Sequence record: NC_028780.1
DNA: 64,000 nucleotides
Reading direction: 5' to 3' (one strand)
DNA from: Escherichia phage slur07
Shown: positions 57,005-64,000 of the stretch, piece after piece
How positions within the stretch are numbered: position 1 is the stretch's first letter
Layout: every line of letters begins with the position of its first letter
Position numbers and translations under genes: made by a program
Notes under the pieces: model-generated
What the model was told of the DNA's origin: nothing
Databases searched by the model: none
The model's input: the letters and a program-made list of their open reading frames with translations, nothing else

Positions 57005-57535
57005 ATGTCGCAAGCTCTGCAACAAATTTTTAACCAAGCAAATACAACTAACTTTGTAGTATCAATACCACATAGTAATACTACATCTGCTTTTACTTTA
57101 AATGCTCAGTCAGTTCCTATTCCAGGAATTAGAATACCTGTTACTGATACTGTGACTGGGCCGTTTGGACTGGGCCGAGCACAACGTCCAGGTGTTACAT
57201 TTGAGTATGATCCACTCATTGTGAGATTTATAGTTGATGAAGAACTTAAGTCGTGGATAGGAATGTATGAATGGATGCTAGGAACTAGCAACTATCTTAC
57301 AGGTGAAAATACTGCCCAAAAAACAGGTCCTGAATACATTACGCTTTACATCTTAGATAATAGCAAAACTGAAATCGTGATGTCAATAAATTTTTATAAG
57401 CCTTGGGTTTCTGACCTATCTGAAGTAGAATTTAGCTACACAGAAGATTCAGACCCGGCTTTAGTATGTACTGCAACGATTCCTTACACATATTTTCAAG
57501 TAGAAAAAGATGGAAAAATTATAGCAGAAGTTTAA
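57005..57535 (+). CDS. 3: tail completion / sheath stabiliser protein
   Basis: ORF from 56924; start placed at Met giving recalled 176 aa of T4 gp3. Confidence 0.8.
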   Translation: MSQALQQIFNQANTTNFVVSIPHSNTTSAFTLNAQSVPIPGIRIPVTDTVTGPFGLGRAQRPGVTFEYDPLIVRFIVDEELKSWIGMYEWMLGTSNYLTGENTAQKTGPEYITLYILDNSKTEIVMSINFYKPWVSDLSEVEFSYTEDSDPALVCTATIPYTYFQVEKDGKIIAEV

Positions 57536-57584
57536 TGCTTCAGTTTTGTGTGTTATAATCTTAATTAAATTTGAGGAGAAACAC

Positions 57585-58309
57585 ATGAAACTAATCTTTT
57601 TAAGCGGTGTAAAGCGTAGTGGAAAAGATACTACTGCTGATTTTATCATGAGCAATTATTTTGCAGTTAAATACCAACTTGCTGGTCCTATTAAGGATGC
57701 ATTGGCTTATGCATGGGGCGTATTTGCAGAAAACACTGACTATCCTTGCTTAACTCGTAAAGAGTTTGAAGGAATTGACTATGATCGTGAGACTAATTTA
57801 AATCTGACTAAATTAGAAGTAATCACGATTATGGAACAAGCATTTTGCTATCTTAATGGTAAAAGCCCGATTAAAGGTGTGTTTGTTTTTGATGACGAAG
57901 GACAAGAATCAGTTAATTCCGTAGCATTTAACAAGATTATTGACGTTATAAATAATATTGAAGATCAATGGTCAGTCCGTCGTCTGATGCAAGCCCTAGG
58001 TACGGATTTGATTGTTAATAACTTCGACCGCATGTACTGGGTAAAATTATTTGCTTTAGATTATCTTGATAAATTTAACTCAGGTTATGATTATTATATC
58101 GTTCCTGATACTCGTCAAGATCATGAAATGGATGCGGCTAGGGCGATGGGTGCTACAGTAATTCATGTAGTTCGTCCTGGTCAAAAATCCAATGATACAC
58201 ATATTACAGAAGCTGGATTGCCAATTCGTGATGGCGATTTAGTAATTACAAACGATGGTTCTCTTGAAGAACTTTTTTCTAAAATTAAAAATACACTAAA
58301 GGTACTATA

Positions 58310-58310
<1 letters not shown>
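57585..58310 (+). CDS. 1: deoxynucleoside monophosphate kinase
   Basis: 241 aa from MKLIFLSGVKRSGKDT P-loop; ORF extends upstream to 57546. Confidence 0.9.
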
Positions 58311-59007
<697 letters not shown>

Positions 59008-59016
59008 TTTCACAAA

Positions 59017-59051
59017 GTTGTTTACATGGGGTTTTAGTAGTGATACTATTA
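59017..59051 (+). promoter_or_regulatory. early promoter / stem-loop cassette (GTTTAC ... TGATACTAT within GGGTA...TACCC)
   Basis: GTTTAC -35, 17 nt spacer, extended -10; 24 nt identical to copy at 59331. Confidence 0.5.
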
Positions 59052-59067
59052 CCCTATCAAAACAAAT

Positions 59068-59319
59068 GTGAAATTGGAGAACAAAATGAAAACGTATCAA
59101 GAATTTATTGCTGAAACTGCTGATGTAAAAGTTGAGTTTATTTACACTGGCAAGAAAGATAAAATGGGTGAAATGCCTCATGGAGTTCTTCGTGATGCAT
59201 TAGATGATTTCGGTCAACTCGGTGGTGAAGAGTTTGGCGATTACTTTGTTATCTATGGCCCGGCAAAAGTCATTGAGAAATGGGCTGATAAATATAAATC
59301 AATTTTTCGTAAAAAATAA
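59068..59319 (+). CDS. candidate capsid-targeted internal protein (IP-like, 83 aa)
   Basis: N-terminus MKTYQEFIAE matches recalled capsid-targeting sequence ending in an I-A-E gp21-type cleavage site. Confidence 0.7.
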   Translation: MKLENKMKTYQEFIAETADVKVEFIYTGKKDKMGEMPHGVLRDALDDFGQLGGEEFGDYFVIYGPAKVIEKWADKYKSIFRKK

Positions 59320-59320
59320 G

Positions 59321-59355
59321 TTTACTTTTAGATAGGGTAGTGATACTATTACCCT
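59321..59355 (+). promoter_or_regulatory. early promoter / stem-loop cassette, second copy
   Basis: GTTTAC + 17 nt + TGATACTAT; shares GTAGTGATACTATTACCCTATCAA with 59017 cassette. Confidence 0.5.
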
Positions 59356-59377
59356 ATCAACTACCGAGGAGAATAAA

Positions 59378-59563
59378 ATGAAACGTTGTGAATTAATTCG
59401 AAATGTTGCTATTGCAATTTCTGCTTCTGCATTTAGTTTTTCAATGTTTGTTGGATTTATATGCGGATTATTGACTACAGCAGAAAATGTATTTTCACTT
59501 GTAGTAGCATTTTTAATTGGTTTAATTGCTATCGTTATGGATAAAATTTCTAAAGGTGAATAG
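59378..59563 (+). CDS. small hydrophobic membrane protein (61 aa, two predicted TM helices)
   Basis: Strongly hydrophobic; GGAGAATAAAATGAA initiation cassette. Confidence 0.55.
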   Translation: MKRCELIRNVAIAISASAFSFSMFVGFICGLLTTAENVFSLVVAFLIGLIAIVMDKISKGE

Positions 59564-59566
59564 AAT

Positions 59567-59945
59567 GTATAAAGTGTACGCTGATTATCAGGCTAATCCA
59601 TCTGAAAAGCCAGATTGCCAAATTGGATGGGCTCATGATACCCTGCTTGAAGCAGTAGATGCTGCTCAAAAATTAGGATATAGTTATGTAGATATTGTTC
59701 AACCTGGTGGAACAGTTATTACTCTTGAAGAGTTTAATAATATTAAACCAAACTTTTTACTTTTTGCAGGTGATAATTATTATCCTCGTGGTGGATATGC
59801 TGATTTAATCGCGAAAGCCGCTACCGAAGATGAACTCCGTGATATTATCAAAGAAAATGAAAACAAACCGATGTATGGTTCTAATCGCTTTGATTGGTGG
59901 CAAATTGTAAATGCCCACACTCATACTATTGTTGATGAAGGCTGA
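59567..59945 (+). CDS. hypothetical protein (126 aa)
   Basis: ATG 59567 with AAAGGTGAA RBS (track ORF from 59526 overlaps upstream gene). Confidence 0.5.
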
Positions 59946-59947
59946 TA

Positions 59948-60238
59948 ATGATTCTTTATGCTAAAGTATCATCCATTGAAAATGGATATAAATATGATCA
60001 AGACGCGGCTAAAGCCTTGATTGATGATTATGGCATTTTAACATGTTTTGAAGTTGAAAAGGTTTACATTGACCGTTCATCTTCTCAGGTTAAATTAGTG
60101 AAGGAAGACCGTAAATTTAATACAGTAAATTTTGATTTCTTTATTGAAACAGAAAAAGGTCCTCTTGAATATGATATTTTCAAGAATCCTTTGGGTCTTG
60201 AATGTATTCAGAAAACGTATATTAATGCAGCGTGGTGA
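59948..60238 (+). CDS. hypothetical protein (96 aa)
   Basis: ORF in same-strand array. Confidence 0.5.
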   Translation: MILYAKVSSIENGYKYDQDAAKALIDDYGILTCFEVEKVYIDRSSSQVKLVKEDRKFNTVNFDFFIETEKGPLEYDIFKNPLGLECIQKTYINAAW

Positions 60239-60240
60239 AA

Positions 60241-60756
60241 ATGAATATTTGTTTAGGTACTACAATTCCGCAGGGTTACGTAATTGATGTCACTACCTGG
60301 GAAAATGATGGTGACAACTATAAAACTAAAACACTGTTTGGCGTAGAAGAGCATGAAATCTTACAATTCCAATATCTTTTAAAGAAGTTTAAAAGCAGAC
60401 ATTCTAGTACTAAAGCTGAACGTTATTGTGGTAATGGCTTGTTCAGCGAGCAATCGCTTTTTATTTATGAATACTTGGTTGAAGGACTGTTCTCAGAACA
60501 ACTTTATCCAGAATTCATTAAAAAGGTCTTTGACATAGAAGTTGACCTTGGTAATAAATCCGAAGAAGACGAAGAACGTGTATTTGACTTATTCTTTGTG
60601 AATGGTAATAAAGTGCTTGAAGGACTTATTAATATTTTAGGCAGTGCTTCTGAGTATTATGATTATGATTTTTTGCGTGTAGTTGAGAGTGTTAAATACT
60701 CTTATATAGAAAAAGAAATTGTTTTGCCGACCGTTAAAATGTTTAATTTGCTTTAA
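60241..60756 (+). CDS. hypothetical protein (171 aa)
   Basis: ATG 60241; track ORF begins at 60232. Confidence 0.5.
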   Translation: MNICLGTTIPQGYVIDVTTWENDGDNYKTKTLFGVEEHEILQFQYLLKKFKSRHSSTKAERYCGNGLFSEQSLFIYEYLVEGLFSEQLYPEFIKKVFDIEVDLGNKSEEDEERVFDLFFVNGNKVLEGLINILGSASEYYDYDFLRVVESVKYSYIEKEIVLPTVKMFNLL

Positions 60757-60781
60757 GAATTATTTGTTATTATTAATTCAT
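60751..60781 (+). promoter_or_regulatory. candidate MotA-dependent middle promoter for the tRNA cluster (exact repeat of 888-918)
   Basis: 31 nt identical to 888-918, TGCTTTA box and TATTAT -10. Confidence 0.4.
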
Positions 60782-60842
60782 ACCGCACTGATTAATACCC
60801 TCTATCATCAAGGGTTCTTGTTTGAGAGCCTTTGTTAATAAT

Positions 60843-60915
60843 TGGGAATTAGCCAAGTTGGTAAGGCACTGGATTTTGATTCCAGGATGCAAAGGTTCGA
60901 GTCCTTTATTCCCAG
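60843..60915 (+). tRNA. tRNA-Gln (anticodon UUG)
   Basis: Cloverleaf: acceptor TGGGAAT/ATTCCCA, anticodon stem CTGGA/TCCAG with loop TTTTGAT, GGTTCGAGTCC T-loop. Confidence 0.85.
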
Positions 60916-60916
60916 C

Positions 60917-61003
60917 GCGAGAATGGTCAAATTGGTAAAGGCACAGCACTTAAAATGCTGCGGAATGATTTCCTTGTGGGTTCGAGTCCCACTTCTCGCA
61001 CCA
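60917..61003 (+). tRNA. tRNA-Leu (anticodon UAA), long variable arm
   Basis: Acceptor GCGAGAA/TTCTCGC, anticodon loop CTTAAAA, T-loop GGTTCGAGTCC, encoded CCA. Confidence 0.85.
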
Positions 61004-61008
61004 AATTT

Positions 61009-61082
<74 letters not shown>

Positions 61083-61086
61083 ATTT

Positions 61087-61737
61087 ATGACTCGTCGTGA
61101 GACGCTCAGTTCTTTATTAGGGACTGATATGCATTTTTATCTTTATAAAATAACAAATAAAATTAATAATAAAATTTATATTGGTGTGCATTCTACCGAA
61201 AATTTAGATGATGGATATATGGGTTCTGGTAAATTATTAAAAAGAGCCCAAGATAAATATTGTATAGAAAATTTTTCTAAAGAAATATTAGAGTATTTTG
61301 ACGATAAAGAATCTATGCTTGAAGCCGAGAAAAATATTGTCACAGAAGAGTTTTTAAATAGACCAGATGTGTATAATTTAAAACTTGGAGGTGAAGGTGG
61401 ATGGGATCATATAAATAATTATCCTATGACAGATCAGCAACGCGAATTAATTTCATTGGGTGTTAAAAAGGCACATTCTAACGGAAAATTAAAAGGATGG
61501 TCTTCAAATGGATTAATGAAGAATGGCTTTGCTGGTAAAACTCATTCTCAAGAAGCTAAACGTAAAATAGCAAAAGCAAACGAAGCAAAAGTTTCTGCGG
61601 ATGAAAGAAAAAGAAGAATAGAAATTTCTAAATTATATGATTTTTCTAAACGTGGCGAATTGTCTAAATATGCTAAGCATATTGGCGTAAGTCATACTCA
61701 AGCAAAAAGAATTCTAAATCAAATTAACAATATATAA
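61087..61737 (+). CDS. segB: GIY-YIG homing endonuclease embedded in tRNA cluster
   Basis: ORF between tRNA-Gly and tRNA-Ser; FYLYKITNKINNKIYIGVHS GIY-YIG module and DDGYMGSGK shared with segE; start may be ATG 61129. Confidence 0.82.
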   Translation: MTRRETLSSLLGTDMHFYLYKITNKINNKIYIGVHSTENLDDGYMGSGKLLKRAQDKYCIENFSKEILEYFDDKESMLEAEKNIVTEEFLNRPDVYNLKLGGEGGWDHINNYPMTDQQRELISLGVKKAHSNGKLKGWSSNGLMKNGFAGKTHSQEAKRKIAKANEAKVSADERKRRIEISKLYDFSKRGELSKYAKHIGVSHTQAKRILNQINNI

Positions 61738-61743
61738 ATATTT

Positions 61744-61833
61744 GGAGGCGTGGCAGAGTGGTTTAATGCACCGGTCTTGAAAACCGGCAGTCGCTCCGGC
61801 GACTCATAGGTTCAAATCCTATCGCCTCCGCCA
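61744..61833 (+). tRNA. tRNA-Ser (anticodon UGA), long variable arm
   Basis: Acceptor GGAGGCG/CGCCTCC, anticodon stem CCGGT/ACCGG with loop CTTGAAA, T-loop GGTTCAAATCC, CCA. Confidence 0.85.
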
Positions 61834-61839
61834 GTTTTT

Positions 61840-61915
61840 GCTGATTTAGCTCAGTAGGTAGAGCACCTCACTTGTAATGAGGACGTCGGCGGTTCGATTC
61901 CGTCAATCAGCACCA
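61840..61915 (+). tRNA. tRNA-Thr (anticodon UGU)
   Basis: Acceptor GCTGATT/AATCAGC, anticodon loop CTTGTAA, T-loop GGTTCGATTCC, CCA. Confidence 0.85.
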
Positions 61916-61916
61916 A

Positions 61917-61991
61917 GGCCCTGTAGCTGGAAGGTTCAAGCAAGCGACTCATAATCGCCAGATGGTGGTTCAATTCCACCCAGGGCCACCA
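61917..61991 (+). tRNA. tRNA with CAU anticodon (Ile-lysidine type or Met)
   Basis: Acceptor GGCCCTG/CAGGGCC, anticodon loop CTCATAA, T-loop GGTTCAATTCC, CCA. Confidence 0.8.
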
Positions 61992-62003
61992 AATTATGAA
62001 TTA

Positions 62004-62090
62004 GGGGAGTTATCCCGTAGAGGTAGCGGTGTGGACTGTAAATTCATTGTCATTGCGACTCGGGTGGTTCGACTCCACCACTCCCCACCA
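62004..62090 (+). tRNA. tRNA-Tyr (anticodon GUA), long variable arm
   Basis: Acceptor GGGGAGT/ACTCCCC; anticodon loop CTGTAAA; variable arm GTCATTGCGAC resembles bacterial tRNA-Tyr; T-loop GGTTCGACTCC, CCA. Confidence 0.7.
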
Positions 62091-62094
62091 ATTT

Positions 62095-62169
62095 GGATGT
62101 GTAGCTCAATGGCAGAGCGATCGCCTGTTAAGCGATTGGTTATAGGTTCGAATCCTATCACGTCCGCCA
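62095..62169 (+). tRNA. tRNA-Asn (anticodon GUU)
   Basis: Acceptor GGATGTG/CACGTCC, anticodon stem ATCGC/GCGAT with loop CTGTTAA, T-loop GGTTCGAATCC, CCA. Confidence 0.75.
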
Positions 62170-62173
62170 AATA

Positions 62174-62249
62174 CGAGGCATAGCTCAGAAGGAAGAGCAA
62201 GGACCTTCTAAGTCCTGGGTCGTAGGTTCGATCCCTACTGCCTCGACCA
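62174..62249 (+). tRNA. tRNA-Arg (anticodon UCU)
   Basis: Acceptor CGAGGCA/TGCCTCG, anticodon stem AGGAC/GTCCT with loop CTTCTAA, T-loop GGTTCGATCCC, CCA. Confidence 0.85.
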
Positions 62250-62565
62250 GACAAGAAGCCGGGTCGCTACCGGCAAGTCGTCGGACTGATGTTCCCTGTT
62301 TAAGGACTGGCATTAATAAATCTTTATGTTTTGTTAATGCCCCCTTATATCACAGCAGAAACGGCGCACCGAATTATCGATTCGAGGAAATATCTTTGCC
62401 ATAAGCCGAGTAGCGTTTTTGACGGAACGTTCGGATATGGTCGAGATATGGCCTTTTAAAAATATTGAGTAGCGTCAACTACTTAATAACCGGGTTCGAA
62501 TCCCGGCGTTTCGTACAAACACTTGCCTTAGCAGGTGGAACCCCGACAAGGTTGCCGCAAGGCTT
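62250..62565 (+). ncRNA. structured non-coding region after tRNA-Arg: candidate small stable RNAs or degenerate tRNA
   Basis: No credible ORF; tRNA-like T-arm CCGGGTTCGAATCCCGG at ~62490; 8 bp inverted repeat GGCATTAA...TTAATGCC at ~62309-62341; ends at intrinsic terminator. Confidence 0.35.
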
Positions 62566-62593
62566 AGCCCCGACCGAAAGGTTGGGGCTTTTT
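62566..62593 (+). terminator. intrinsic terminator (AGCCCCGACC-GAAA-GGTTGGGGCT plus TTTT)
   Basis: 10 bp stem, tetraloop, T-run; near-identical copy at 63125. Confidence 0.75.
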
Positions 62594-62643
62594 AGTATAA
62601 ATATAGTAGTATATTAAATCCACGAATTAAAACAGGAAATAAG

Positions 62644-63117
62644 ATGAAATCATATGCTCAATTTTTAAATGAAGCGGTGTTAAATGAAGCATCTAGCACC
62701 GAAATTCAAGCTGTCGCAAAAGCAGCCATTGCAGCGGGTAAATATTCCTATAAAGATGCTTCTGACGAATCACGATTCCAATTTGCTCGCGACATGAAAG
62801 CAGAAGGATTTACGGGAAATGCAGTTAGTATGGCCTGGAAAAGTTTAGTTGCTACTGGCGCTGCTTTTGCAAAGGCTTCGGGTAAACCTGCTCCTAAAGC
62901 AGATCCTAAAGTCACACAAGAGAAAAATATCGTTAAAGGAATTATCTCCAGATATGAAGCTATCCTTAAAGAGCTTTTAGTAATCAAAACTGAAGGTCAA
63001 AAGTTAGCTCGTGCTTATAGTTTCAAAGATAATCCACATGCTCATGACCTAGAGTATGTTGAAGACATCCAAAAAATTATTAAAGACCGCATTTGGTCTG
63101 CTAAACAAATCAAATAA
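62644..63117 (+). CDS. hypothetical protein with capsid-targeting-like N-terminus (157 aa)
   Basis: N-terminus MKSYAQFLNEAVLNEA resembles the MKTYQEFIAE internal-protein leader; Ala/Lys-rich; flanked by twin terminators. Confidence 0.6.
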   Translation: MKSYAQFLNEAVLNEASSTEIQAVAKAAIAAGKYSYKDASDESRFQFARDMKAEGFTGNAVSMAWKSLVATGAAFAKASGKPAPKADPKVTQEKNIVKGIISRYEAILKELLVIKTEGQKLARAYSFKDNPHAHDLEYVEDIQKIIKDRIWSAKQIK

Positions 63118-63124
63118 CATTCTT

Positions 63125-63152
63125 AGCCCCGACCAAAAGGTTGGGGCTTTTT
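63125..63152 (+). terminator. intrinsic terminator, second copy (loop AAAA)
   Basis: Same stem as 62566-62593, T-run. Confidence 0.75.
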
Positions 63153-63287
63153 GGTATCTAGGCCTTTCCGGGCCTCTCTAGGCATCATTTAGTTTATACC
63201 CTTTATAATATATTATCCTACCTTTTAATTGCCCCTCCTGACCCTAGAATTCCCTAAAACTTTTTAAAAATTTTTTCACAAAACTGT

Positions 63288-63322
63288 TTACATCCCTGTT
63301 CTTCCATGGTACTATACAACTA
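63288..63322 (+). promoter_or_regulatory. T4-type early promoter (GTTTAC ... TGGTACTAT)
   Basis: GTTTAC, 17 nt spacer, extended -10. Confidence 0.45.
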
Positions 63323-63358
63323 TCAACTACTGATACAGAAAAACAACTTGGAGAATGA

Positions 63359-63623
63359 AATGGATAATTACGGCGAACTGTTCAACTTCTTTATGAAATG
63401 CGTTTCAGAAGATTTCGGTCGTACAGTGAATGATATTAAAGTTATCGGTCCTGACCATCCGATGTTTGAAACCTACGCAGTAATGGGTAATGAAGATGGT
63501 CAGTGGTATACTGTAAAAGTTGTGATTAATATGTTCACAGCTGAAAGTTATGTTAAACTGTCTTCTAAAGTTTACCACGATAACGACGAAATCGCAGAAG
63601 AATATTTCAATAATATGAAATAA
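63359..63623 (+). CDS. hypothetical early protein (88 aa)
   Basis: ATG 63359 with GGAGAATGAAATGG initiation context; track ORF from 63306 is likely over-extended. Confidence 0.55.
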
Positions 63624-63656
63624 GTTTACACAGGCTCATGATTGAGATATTATGAG
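63624..63656 (+). promoter_or_regulatory. early promoter within stem-loop (GTTTAC; GGCTCAT...ATGAGCC around TATTAT)
   Basis: GTTTAC, 17 nt, ATATTAT; 7 bp inverted repeat enclosing the -10. Confidence 0.45.
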
Positions 63657-63678
63657 CCTGTAACTTGAGGAGAACATT

Positions 63679-64000
63679 ATGAAACGTAACTTTAGTAAAG
63701 CTTTTTGTAATCGAAATTATTATCCCGAAGAGCTTTTTGAATCTAAGGAATTTAAAGAGTTTAACGAACGTTCTCAAAACATGCCTGTACAGTGGGTATT
63801 GGATTATGCTAACCGTATCTTTGAAGGTGTACGTTTCGTTGGCCCTGATGATGAAGCTCCTTATTTTAAAAAGGCTTGGGAACTTGCTAACCAAGCATAT
63901 ATCAATGCTTTAGAATCTTCTAAAGGCACTGACGATGATTTTACTTTATTGGCTATCAATGATGCCGTTATCGAGGCCATTGACGTCTTTATCGATGAGA
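63679..64000 (+). CDS. hypothetical early protein, 3' end beyond window
   Basis: ATG 63679 with GAGGAG RBS; frame open to window end (MKRNFSKAFCNRNYYPEELFESKEF...). Confidence 0.5.
   Translation, partial: MKRNFSKAFCNRNYYPEELFESKEFKEFNERSQNMPVQWVLDYANRIFEGVRFVGPDDEAPYFKKAWELANQAYINALESSKGTDDDFTLLAINDAVIEAIDVFIDE

Noticed and set aside
61962-62254. 73 aa and 86 aa ORFs
   Set aside because: Overlap tRNA-Tyr/Asn/Arg genes; not coding

Overview
This window reads as a contiguous ~64 kb segment of a T4-type (Tevenvirinae) myophage genome, with no host DNA, integrase, transposase or CRISPR array. Calls rest on ORF length, motifs visible in the translations, synteny and recalled T4 gene sizes; no database search was run. 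Plus-strand early block (1-11.5 kb): dCMP deaminase 3' end, gp31 co-chaperonin, rIII, ten small early ORFs, DNA ligase gp30, and two tandem Alt-type ADP-ribosyltransferases. Minus-strand baseplate hub genes 54-48-29-28-27-51 follow, then 26-25-uvsY (+), uvsW and the segE homing endonuclease (-), inh-hoc-rnlB (+). The long minus-strand late block runs 24-23-22-21-68-67-20-19-18-17-16-15-14-13-wac-12-11-10-9-8-7-6-5.4-5-53. The window ends with 4-2-3-1-57A-57B (+), a variable small-ORF locus, nine tRNAs interrupted by the segB homing endonuclease, a structured RNA region and further small early ORFs. No large novel inserted system is evident; the best leads are the tandem Alt pair, two candidate capsid-targeted internal proteins in promoter/stem-loop-bracketed cassettes, a NADAR-like/HAD-like overlapping pair, exact-repeat regulatory cassettes and the tRNA cluster.
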